Below are positions 1 through 12,700 of a stretch of 64,000 bases of DNA, one piece after another. The first letter of the stretch is position 1. Every line of letters starts with the position of its first letter. The notes under the pieces are model-generated. The model ran no database searches, had not been told where the DNA came from, and saw nothing but the letters and a program-made list of their open reading frames with translations. The stretch is from Phoronis australis (Eukaryota; Animalia; Phoronida), in assembly GCA_002633005.1 (NCBI GenBank), contig NMRA01000742.1, positions 106,281 through 170,280 of the forward strand, given 5' to 3'. The translations under genes were made by a program, and so were the position numbers.

Positions 1-626
1 GCAGTTGGGCGATTTTGGCGATTCAAAAACTAAACAACCATTTGACGAAGATTTCAGAAATGCTATTGGTTTATGTTCAAGTATGTTATAACTTAACATT
101 TATTTTTAACAGCACACCCCAGTCAGGTTAGATAGGTTCTTATTGGATTAGAGCAATTATCGAACAAAAGAGAGCTGGCCTTCCAACCATAAATGCCAGA
201 ATGGAGCTAATCAGTCGTGTAAGATATTGGCTACAGGGGTAATTTTCCCAACTTGTTGTTGGGCTATAGAATCGAACAAGTTGGGAGCAACGGGATAACA
301 CCGTAATGGGCCCGATTTTTTAGTATTTGTCCAAGTGCCCCTCAGTCAAATACACACAAGCAGGTCATCGAGTTCATGGAGACACATACCGAGTAAGTTG
401 AAATCGGGATTTCCTTTACCGTGAAAGCCGACGGCCGGTAGTCGATTCATCCTTTTAAAAAACACACAAAAGCTAATCTTAAGCAACTAAAACGCATCCT
501 GCTTTTATGCGTATCACACATCGAACAGGAGATTTTTCCTGAAATTCCATGGGCAATACACACGAGCGCCTGTGGTGTTGTCTGAAGGTCAGTCGTCCTC
601 TTTCTATTTATTTCAAAGATGATTTT

Positions 627-792
627 TTAAAGTGGCCTTTTGCAAATATTACCATCATTATCTGTGGCGTATATCGTGGCTTTGAAGTGGCCTTTGAAGG
701 GGGACGACGATTCCTTGACAATCAAAAGTGTAGTGTGTATGCCAAAGTCGTCTTTCGTAGAAATATCTCCGGGCGGACTCCTTCCACATAAC
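627..792 (-). CDS. Astacin gene exon 11 (CUB C-terminal part, LCGRSPPG...FKGHFKATIY)
   Basis: cag acceptor at 793-795, phase 2 matches the previous exon; 3' end is ambiguous (donor at 652 or stop at 627). Confidence 0.7.
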
Positions 793-3700
793 CTGAGTTA
801 CAAATGCAAACATACAACATTAGATTTAACCTTGAAAACGTTTGTCCTAGTATGACATGATTCATTTCTTTGTTTCTTAAAGTTATACTACCGAGATTTT
901 TGTAACTCGGCGAGGCTCTATGCTTATAGTACGTGGATCAGAATCAAAATAGCATTTCGACATTTATTGATAATAACATGACCTCCATGTCGAAACATGG
1001 AGCTAGCCGCTGGCATCCAACAGTCAACCATCCAGCTCGCACCTGCGCGTTGACTCATAATGTCTGCTTGAGTCGATCGTCTGGCAATGAGGTCTTATAA
1101 CGAGTGTGGTGTGTTTATATGCCAGTGAACATATTTAGGTCGCACAAAGCGTTTGAATCGAAAGCTGCGACCAATCTCCGGAAGGTAGACGCATAACTAC
1201 TCTTTCGCAAAAATCAGGAATGTTTTGTAAAGCAGGTGATGAAAGCTTGACTCATCCGTTACCAAACAGCAGATGGTGACGTGACCAAGTTTAAAGCAGC
1301 ATTTGCCCTGTTTAGCTGACTAAAACAAAAATCGAATTAGGCGGCTTACTAATATAAAACGGATTTCAACCGTCGCAGATTGTGTTTTCGTTACCAACAT
1401 GAAAAGCACGATAAGGAATATCACGAGACCGATTTTATGTCTGTTTTTGTTTTTTAGCGCGCTAAATATTGCGATATGCAGCTTGAACATTACGAAATTT
1501 TTATTCAGCTTCTAACGAAAACACCAAGATAGAGTTCATTAACGTTAGGAGCATGCTAAAAAAGCAAGACTTCACGAGATTACGGGAGACATTGGCGTGT
1601 ATTTTCAAAGGAACACATGGTTTTGGTTAGATATTTCTCGCCGTTCGACAGCTATTGAACTTACTTGGGAGCTTCTTGTCCGAGAAGGTTGAATCTAACT
1701 TCAACAGAATGAGGACAAGCCATGACCTTGTCCAACTCGATGTCGAATTGTGTAAAGTGAACTCGCAAAAGACCGGGACCCTGGAATGAATATTAATAAC
1801 GCAGATGTTCACCTCGATATAAATGAACTGTCATATAATTGTTAAAGGAGGCATTACATCTTACTCAGTGTAAATTGAACAAATTTTGATTTTAGGAATA
1901 GAACGTTCATACCAACATTGTCGGCGCTGCTCATCTACCAAACAGTGCAGAACAGCAATGCTGTCCATGTAGGAAATTGAATAGATACATATATACTTAA
2001 AGGATAGTGTCGTATTTATGACCAAAAACGCACTTTTGGGGGTATATTTCTTGAAGCTATTACCTCTGACCAGAACTATGACACAACAAAGTTCATCGCG
2101 TTTTTGAATTTTTTCAAATTCTTCAAATACCTTCATTGTCTCTTAGACGTTTGCTGAGTCAAGGCCGGTGTTTCTAGCATTCAAATACTTTAGAAAACTA
2201 TGCTCTCTAACGCCTGTGGTTTGGCTCTGCCGCAGCAGAGCGTTCTGCGTGGTCGAGTCCGTCCATCGAGAATTGCCAAAAGACTTCTGTTCTCGCCAAA
2301 AATGGGGCATTGGCATGTAGACATTGCGATTTAGCGCAAGAAACAGCAAATGGTAAACAGGTAAGAATAAATTATTAGCTAGTTACACACCAGATGTTGG
2401 ACACACCACTTGAAAAGACTCTGCCACGATCGGGTTTCGAACCCAGGACTTTCCAAATGCAACCTATGCAGACGCTCTAATCCATCCATGAGATCACATA
2501 CATGTACGAGTATGTTCATTCAACGTTTGACCGACTCCGAGGCTTTTGTTTCCGAGTACAATAACCATTTTGGCAATATATTATCTCAGTGCTGATATAA
2601 GACAATATCCGGGTCGACGACTTTCCTCTACGTTTGGGCTTTTTTCTCACCCCCCCCCCCAGTTCTCGGCAAATAAACTCCATATGCCGCTTGCAGCCCG
2701 TCGCTAGGCGGGCCAGCCTAATACCATGGGCGGCGCGCTATATGAGGCTGGGGGGCTATAGTCCCCCACTTTTTTCAGTGCTGCGCCGCCCATGAATACC
2801 GCTCAAAAATAAAACAGATAACAACAGCACCCGCTCATTGATTGTACATGTATAATGCATTAAATCCCACGGGCTTAAGCTTAAATGTGCAATACAATCC
2901 CACAAGTGTCCGATATAAGCCCATCTTGGTCAAAGACGACCTCCGTTTGTGGAGCTACTCAACTACAAATACATAGGCTTATACATGTATCAGAGCGGTT
3001 GGTATACAAGAATAGCAAACATATCAAAATTATCCAGAAAGCAATGGATTGATCAGAGTTACAGGAACATGACCCGTATTTTGGTTCACCTGATTCTTCA
3101 CGCTCTTTTTCGCTTCCAAAGAATTGTAACGTACTCTTACAGTACCTTCAATAACCAGACGCATGTCCTGCTGTCTGTACCATCGGGAGTAGACACCCAA
3201 CCAATTGAAACTGAGTCACCCACTTTTGCAAGCTCGATAACTCCACCACAATCTGGAATACAAAGGCCCTTTTAGATCAGTCAGACGTATTTGCTTCATC
3301 CTTTGTTGCATTTCTACCATGTTTCATGCGCGTACCCAGCCATTAATATGGGGGGGAGCTCGAATTTCCGACGATGTGGACCTTTTACCGACAAAAAGCC
3401 AAAGGACTAAAAAACGGGGTACCACGTCCAGGGCTGTGAATTGTGCGTTTGCGCCTTTTTAGTGGACTTTTTGTCTCGTTTTCTCGGAGTTTTTGTTTCT
3501 CTGGGGCGGACCTTTTTGTCCACTTCGCCAAATAGGGGGGCTCCTTGGAGCCCCCCGAGCCCCCCCTGTGTTCGCGCATGTGTTTAACTGATGAATTCTA
3601 ACCCAAGTGCTTTGAGGTTTAAAACAAAGCAACACTTATCCGATGTTGAAGTGCTGCCGAATTACCTGGCTACTCAAGTCACGTGACATTTTTGAATTCG

Positions 3701-6700
3701 TAATTTCAGTGCGTGAGTATGGAAATACAACTTGTGAGAGAAGAATTGTTTTGCTCACACTAGAAAGCTGTCGAAGAGAACAATTTTGCGGTTCGTGAAA
3801 GACCGTTTATTTTGCCTGAAGGTCATGTTAGTATTCTGCTGAGATAAAAAATCGTTGTTTTGGCCTATTGACCTTTCACAACAACCAACAAGCGTCACTA
3901 ACGTTTTAGGCGGAAACTGTGGAGAACGATCACACTCCCAAAAAACAACGCAGTCATCTTACGAACTATTATGTGCTTGTCTTTGTATACTGCTTCCGTC
4001 ATGCAAATGAGCCATCGTAATTCCATTACTTAAGGACGGAACGAGGTTTGGGTGAAATGAACAAAACAGGGTTTAATACTCTTGAAACTCAACCTTTACT
4101 TACCAGCGCTTGTTATAACATTTTGGCAAAATTCGCCGGTTAGATATGGCGGACAAACACAGACACACTTCCCTTCGCTGGTCTTGAACGTGTACCCCTC
4201 GTTTTGACAATCCATCATACAGTCAGCTGGAATGGTCACTGAACTATTATCTAACGCAGTTCACTCACTGATACAGTTTTTATAAGGAGCAGATATTAGT
4301 TTTACAACAATTTGCTCACTGCGTCCAGTTACATGCTCGCTGAAAGACCTTAAACCGTTAGGCGAGGTTTGTCTTCAGCTCCGCGTGAAGTCAACCTGAT
4401 ATTATAGTGAGGCTTGCTGCGGTCTCATCCTTCCTTGGAGTGAAGCATCACCAGCGCAATACAATCACTAGAATTTTTACGACAACTGAGTGTAATTGCA
4501 GTAGCCATTGCCGCCATATTGTTATCAGCATTAGTTTTTATTGTAGTTTAGCTTCTCTCGAGGATTTTTCAATTTCAATTCCAGAAACGCTATAGCCGTC
4601 AGCCAATGTCAAAAACCAACTGTCTGCAATTTTCCGATTTTGAGAGCTTACCTCTGTTTCGGAACTCCATAAAAGCTGACCAATCAAATCACGCAAAATT
4701 TGAAATTTATTCGAATAGTGTCTCATGATTTTGAACATGAGACTAGAGTAAGTTTTTAGGCCTCGGGTCACTTCATCAGCGTATATTTGGTAACACACAA
4801 ATGAGAAAGAAATCAAAGCTTTTGGACACAAAAGGCTGAAACTGATTTGAAAAAAGCCTGAGCCTTGACTTGAGCGTGTATTCTTGACCAATATTGTCTC
4901 ACCGGCACAGCTGTAGAGCACGTTGATTGTCTTGGCATCATAGAAGGTCAAGTCCTTTCTTTGACCAGGCAAAAAAGACAGTGCCTCGTTGCGTACTGTG
5001 AACGTTGCCCCAGAACCTGACGCAAACGCCTGAAATTATAATATCCAGCTGGAGTGAACAATGATTTTTAAGCAGTGAATTTTCAGCAACAACTGTGAGG
5101 TGTAGAGGTGGTAACGAGTACGACCGTTCGAAAACATCGGACAGGTGTCTCACTCCTAAGAGGCTTGCTATCTATTGTACTCGGGCTTGTCTACTATCTT
5201 TACGATATCTTTTCTCCACTCGATAAGCCGACAAAAGACAATGTTGCTGACAGTGGTCTTTCACTGACTACACGAACAGTGCACAATTTACGAGAATCGC
5301 AGACACGTTCGATCAAAAAGAAAATATCCGACTTTGCTTATAGCTTCCAGTTCGATAGTTCTTTCCCAGATGTCCATTCAAGCCACTTGAATTCTACAGT
5401 ACGTCACTGGCAATAGTGCACCTGTTAGTGGCGTTCGAATAATACCAAATTTGGTTGCAACAATCGGTGGCAGAACAGGTCGGTTAGGCCTCATGTCAGA
5501 GAGATCCTATCAAATTCGTGCACACAACCACTGAGTTTTAAACAGCAAGGGAGTTATTGTAAATTCTGTGAAACTATGATTGACTGATAGTCTCCTCAAA
5601 GTCATTGGCCCACCCTATGACCCGCTAATGCATCAAACCAATGCCTTATAAGTTGACCTGCGGGTTGCTACGACTTACCCAGACATCGTAGTGCATAATG
5701 CTCCCAAGGTCGTAGGGAAACAGATTCTGGGCACCGGAAACCACTTTGTACTCGCTTTGGTATTTTGACTTAATGTTCCCCGGATGGACGGTGATAAAAT
5801 TATCTCGGTCGTTTCGTGAGTGTTCATGGATGAAGCCAAGTACATGACAGATTTCATGCAAGATGATACCAGGCTGAAATTGAATTGCCAAATTTAACAC
5901 GGTCAACATAGCAAAGGACCAGTTAATTGGACAATTTACTACTTGTTACACAAGCTGGACTTCGCTCCGTAGATGCAAGTAAATCGCGCGTACGCAGCAC
6001 CTTGCACATTCGCGAAGTTGTCAAGGATAAGAAGCGAAGCACTAGCTTTGATCGGGAGTGTCGTTTCTCTAAACAAAGGGCGCGTGAATACTGTAAGACG
6101 GTGATGAGATAGGAAATGTAAGAACAATGATCAGTGGGCGTACGCATATGGATAATACAACGGGCGATAAACCTGTTACGGATTTTCGAAATGCACGGGC
6201 ATTTTTGGAAAGTCTCGTCTTCAAACCGAGAAGCAACGCGCACTTACTTAAGGTACTCACGGATTAAAGCTCGTGCGATAACGTTCTTCGATTGTGTTAC
6301 GTAACGACGTTCTGTGAAGGAAAACAAGCTACCTTGTCGACTGTTTCGACGCAGTTACGACTCACCACAAGTCCGCAATTCATAATTTCACGCGTTTTAC
6401 AAAAAAGGTCAACAATCTTCACCAGCATTCCGTACTGTAACAGTTTGAGTCTGCGCAGTCATTTGGTGATCCAGTGGCGGATCTAGGATGTCGTAGCGGG
6501 GTCCGGCCCCCTGCCCCCAAAATTCGATCACGTAATGAGATGCCTCTAGTCGACGAATTTTCGTGGTGACAATTGCGAGGGAGCTTACCTGTTCTTAAAG
6601 AAGAGACGAATGGTCAAGGGGATGTCTTCTGACCGTTACAAAACAGGCTACCCGAGTTTCATGCCAGTGTAGTTGGAAAGGAAAATAGTGCGCCGGACTC

Positions 6701-9700
6701 TGTGTCGTATCAGAACCTATTCAAATGCTATCGTTTGTTGTTCGGCGGGTGCCCGGATGTTCCATTCAGTCAGTCTTTTTACTTGTACTCCAGTATAAAT
6801 AACAAGAAAACTCGTAGTGACGATCGGCAACTGGTAGAATGCTACATAAGCAGTTTGTAAGGAAACAAGATACTTACAAGAGCGCACGTCTGAGATTGAC
6901 TGATGTGAAGCAATCTGATGGTTTGGGTTGAAGAACCAATCATTCCAATCTCTGTTATACACCTGCGTGTGGAGTATTAGAAACAACATATGTAACGCTG
7001 CCAATAAGTGTAAATTATCTACGGCCAAACTGGCATACTATAAAGCATAGCTTGAGCCTTCCCGTGGATTTCTGGAGAAGATCTTTCACAGATTTTAATA
7101 TAAGTCACGTGATGTGACCGACAAATGGTGTGCAAGAAGACTAATAATTCTTACCTATACCCTATAAACACGTTGATTTGTAATACGCGGTAATCAATAA
7201 TAGTAGTAGTCCAAAATAGAAGAGTGTCTCTCTGAACAAGTAACACATTGCAGACGCACTGAGTTTTATTTTTTGTCTCAAGCTTCAGCCATTGTTTGGT
7301 TGAAAATTGTCGAGCGCCTCCGCCATTGGACACGCGCATCTGAACTTACATGTAGCTTGGCTGACCGCTTGACAACACCAGAGCTTGTTAATTACTTCAG
7401 ACTTCCGGTCTCAGAAAGTTTTCTTTTGTTAGTAGGCTACAGTGTATATTGCTTTTATAGAAATAGGCTAAAAGGGTCAAAATATATATAATAGCAGGTG
7501 AAGTTAGCCAAATTAACCAAGGCAATGCTGCGTACGTGTACAACACTGACACTGAGTCCGGCGTTGTGCTCGGGTGGACTGCACATTTGGATTTGTCTGA
7601 TGGAGTAATGACAATTTGATACGCGCAATGCTGAAACGTGTACAACTAATTGGTGTAGAACCAACTTGAGGTGACCCACAACGGGTCCTTGTAGCGACTC
7701 GAGGCGACATCTTTCATTGCATTGACTTCAAAGTTTTTCACTTTTCTTACGCATCTCCGCTGATGAATTTAAGTTGATTTCCTTCGTAATTCTGATCCAC
7801 TGCTTGGAACTTAATACAAGTCTTGTCCTCAAGCAAACCTATAGCTTCCTTTATTCGTCTTTCAACGTAGGCCTGGTTGGCTGTAAAAGATAATGTAAGT
7901 TTGTAATCAGTCTGATGTCACAATGCGAATTCATTTAAACACCCACGATAGTTTCTAGGAGCATAGACAGTGTATAATTTGTGCAGCATTACTCTACGTC
8001 ACTCAGCTGAAGGAGTAGCACTGTCGAACAATGACAACTTTGCCTTTTCGTTTGTGAAATTGGCTACAAATCCACCTTCTGTCATACAAAATACAATTGA
8101 CAGTTCGTTATTTATTGAGGAAGGGCTCTATAAATTGTGTGTCATTTAATTCACTGACAATGGTTTCGAGGAATTACACCAGCTACCTGTTCATTGCAAG
8201 AGCAAAAGCTTCATTTTTCATATGAGTAAGGAATACTTAGAGAACAATTCTACACCGGTAAAAGATCTGTACCAACATTAGTTTTCTTCGACAGAACGCG
8301 GTGTCATTGCCGCTTTAAGTGATCTAGCTAGTCATGCACCTGTAGTTACTATCTGTTGACAAACAGTGTACCTGAGTTAGTGTACTTCTAAACAACAAGT
8401 AGTTTTGTATTTTCAATTGCCGTGGGCCTAGATGTTCATGTACATGTAGTTATAGGTTCATACTCACCACCCCAAGCCGCTCCGTCGAACGAGTAAGGGA
8501 TTATTCCATTGGGCCACACTCGGCCGTGGGCTTTTCGCTTGCGGCGTCTCTTCTACAATTCAAAATTAACACGCATTAAAATACAGGAAGGTCCAGTCTA
8601 TTTTCCATTTTATGACGGAGAAACCAAATTTCCTGCCAACAAGAGCTAGATCCAACATGTCACGTTTGGCGCTTGAGTACAAAATTCTCAAAGGACCGAT
8701 GTCCGCAATAGCTCTACCTCTGATGTCCTATTTCTGATTAGGCCAAGTATATGTGATGATTGGTCAGAAAGGCACAAAGAACAGAAAAAAATCTCAATTA
8801 CTACACGACGTTCACGAAATTAAAATGATTTCACTAGTAGACGACGGATCACCTTCAGGAGGCTAGTCGGAGGACAAATCTGCTACAACGGTGCCCTTAC
8901 CTTTATTGTACCGTTGTTGATATCGGATGTACGATACTTCAAATCTGGGAACAAGTGTTCGATCGGTTTTGTCTGGAAGACATAGCATTTGTAAGTGAAA
9001 ATGTCTGAGAGGAAAATAGACAAACGGTGCTGAGTTACTGAGGCCCTATCCACAGGATTTTCAAATTAAAACGCAATTTTGAATTCACAGATACACCACC
9101 GCATTCAGCGAAAACATCACTCAAAAAGAAAACCTATTGAAAACGCTCCCCAGTGTGGGATCTTTTTAAAAATACCGTTTTCTCGTAGACAACGAGAACA
9201 ACATTGCAAAAACACCGACTTCACTTATTACCAACAGCGAAGACGTTACTTTCGGAAAACGCAGATATTACTCATCAAATCAAAGTCAGGTCCATGTGCG
9301 GAAAACGTTGATTTGCCTCCACAGGGCAAAGTTGTTGAAGACCAACACGTGTTTTGGCTAATTTTCGAATCAGAACAACTTGCTATACCTCACTTCATCA
9401 ATACTATAGCGCGATGTCCGTTTAGGACGGCCAGTTTTCTAGCATTGGCAACTTTCTGCAACATACCTGCACTCTCTGACCAGGTGAGTCAATAACCACA
9501 AAGCTTAGACGCTCTCTGTCTTGGTTTCGAATTTCTTCTACCTATGTCAAGAAACATTAAACGTTATCATATATGTATGCAAACATTTCAATTAATCAAG
9601 CATTGCACTGGGTGGACACAGACCTTCTTAAGAAATTGTTTGAACATCGGCGTGTATTCGCCTGGACAGTGTGAACACTGCCTCCAATTGATTTGCAATA

Positions 9701-12700
9701 AGTAATGGGGTACATCAAGGAGATGTGTCGTCACCACTTTGTTTAGTACCTTTCTGGGTGATCTGTCAACTGAACTAAAAACTGCCAATATTGGAAACAA
9801 AACAGATAACGAGTTGGAGGTGAAAGTAGTTTGCTATATGCGGATGACATCACACTGCTGAAGGAAAATGAGGTCGACCTGCAGATTTTGTTGGGAGAAA
9901 AGCGTTTCCAGCTCCTAATGTTTTGGTTAAACAGGCAACTGAATAATAACACAAAGTACATACATCAGGGAGTGCACTTTAAATTATTTTTGAATTTATC
10001 TAAATCTAAGATGAGACCTCAAAGATGCTGTTGCAGTTTTCTAAAGTATCATTTCGCTTTTGTTTTATGCAAATTATTTTTAAAAAGGAAAACATAAAAG
10101 GCCTGTTTTTAAGTAAATCTCACGCAAACACGAAACATTTTACAAGTAATTCTAAAGAAAAGTACATAAAGCATGGTACCTGAAAGTTTTGTATAAATTC
10201 AATCACGCGTTTGCTAAGTTCGCACTTTTTTTCTAAGGTAATACACAACATTAAGCCTTGACGACACACTTGAGTGGCGTTAAAAACAGACATCGACTAT
10301 TGTCAAGGGTGTCATACACTAGTGTTACCACAGACTAAATAAAGTTGATGAACTTTTGACAAAGCATCATATATTTGCTTATTTTGCCTTAGAGAGACGG
10401 TCAATGAACTTTGTGCTGACGCAGTTTTATGGTTGATTAGTTGATTCTTTTCCGTGTTATTACATACAAAGAAGTTGACAGTTTTTTGTTGGACCCTTGG
10501 CGATTGATGTTAAGGTGAAACGTGTCAAACCCAGTCAACCCACTAGTACAGTATACACTCAGTGCTTTTAATAAATGTGATGGATTTCGTCGCGTTTCGT
10601 CTTCGTTCTGTGAAGCACTGGCGGAATGGAACGCGAACTCCCGCACGTGACCCGTGCATTCTAGTCTCAGAGCTTCCGATCATGAGATTTCACGGGACTA
10701 GCGTCGAGAGTTTGCATTGTGAATTATTTCCGGTTGTCTGCTCAACCTCAGATGTGTATGTTTTATAGAGAAAGTTACGGTGAAAAGTGCGGGCTAAAGT
10801 AAATTAATGTTGTATTCTTAAAATCATTTTAGCAGAGTGTTTTCTCGAGACGTCATTTTTGAAAGCTAACTACTGATGCTGTAGCTTTACACCCAACCGC
10901 CAGGTTGGTAGACCTATACTCGTCAAAAGGAGGACAATTTTCAGTAGGAGAAATGGGACCTACAGAAACATCTTATAGGGTATATTGCCGGGAAGAAGAG
11001 GGGATGGGGGTGGGGGTGTACATGTACGCTGTTGATACCTGTTTGAACCCCAACCTCCTAAGCTTTTAGTTATTCTTTCTTGTGGAATCCCATGTTACGG
11101 CTTCTGGGTAGATAGTACTATACCCCCCGCTGTTCACGCTAATGATTTGTGGTCCATACATGTAGCTGGTCATGGAACCCAAATGACTGATAAAATTTGC
11201 CAATAATTGAAATCTCTTGAAGTGGTCCTCGAAAAATATCGCACATTTGGCGAACAAATAATATTTTTAAAGAAATGTATGGGTATCAATGAAAATAACA
11301 ATTTAGCTCAGCGGAATATGTGCATTTTTGAAAAAAATGAATGACGACACCTTATAAAGATTTAAAGTCGGATTTAAACACGCTTTTCGGGTGAATTTTA
11401 AAATATGTTCAACACTTCTGTGTTTTCTAAAAAATGAACGGAAGCGTGATTTGAGAGAAACATGTGAGACAAGCACATGGCTAGTGAATGAGGGAAATGT
11501 ACGTTATTTTAAAAGAAGCAGTCACGGTGGGGTCCCGGAGAGGTACTGAACTGTGAACCACACAGGAGATGTGTGAGCCTTCTATGGAACGTTTCCATAT
11601 CCAACGATTTGCTGCAGCAATGATCGATAAAGAACAACATTTAAAAATACCTTTCATTTGCATTTTCATTATTTATACTTGTTGGAGGGCTTGAAGTCGT
11701 AATTGTGCCCCACTGGGGCTAATCCAATATGAAAATGCAACGGAAGCGGATATTTTGATGATATAAATGATATATGCGCAAGACTGTCTGACGCTGGATG
11801 TCCAACCTTTCCACCTTGGAGTAAGTCTGACATTTTGGATGACGAAAATCGATTCTCGTGGATGCCATGGTAAGTAATAATGCATGCAAGCCATTACAGT
11901 ACTTTGATTCCATTGTGTTTTTATATAGGACAGGAAACGGCGAGTCCAAAACAGAAACTCAACACCATGACATTTCAATTGTTCACAGAATAATATAAAC
12001 CAAACCAGACCCCAGATCCCACTGGGCTGAAACTACTGGCGCCAAAATGCAGACGACATTTCCGATGGAGTTTCTAAAATGTCTCAAGGCTTCGCAGGAC
12101 ATAGCTTTCCTGTATAAGCTGTTTCGAGATTTTTGAAATCTTTCGAGCCTAAAATTTTCTCTTGAAATTGTCACAGAAACGTTTTTCATTTGTATCTCGA
12201 ACAGTGTAAAAACTGCTAGTGAATTCTGCAACAAACTGACTACCTTTGAAATGGAATTGTGACCACATGTGCCGAAAAAATTAAATTTCTCGCGCAAAGG
12301 TCATTTAAAAGTCGTGCGAGTAGCGTGCGCGACATTCGTTGGAGGTTCGCTGAGTAGGGCCTACATGTATTAATTCATTCCAACAGAAACCTGTAGGCAG
12401 TTCGAGAATAGCACAGAAAGCGCTAGAAAGCGTTATATCGGGGCTAAACAAACAGTGCAATCGGGGCTGCTTTCACGGCAACATCAATTGCTTCGCTGGC
12501 ATATAATGAGAAAAGAAGCAAACCCCCCTACAATGCTTTTCATCACTGCAGTAAATGGTGCCTAAAAGCACTAAATTGTAATTAAAAAAACGTGGCTTCC
12601 ATAGGTGGGACGAACAAGTTTATGTCATAAAAGAATGAAAGTTTCTCGCTAATTTTGGAACTTGAACAAGCAGTTTCACTTCAAAAGTTTTAGACCTTAG

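Noticed and set aside
2417-2490. Functional tRNA gene
   Set aside because: The B-box is present but the acceptor and anticodon stems do not pair; treated as SINE-like.
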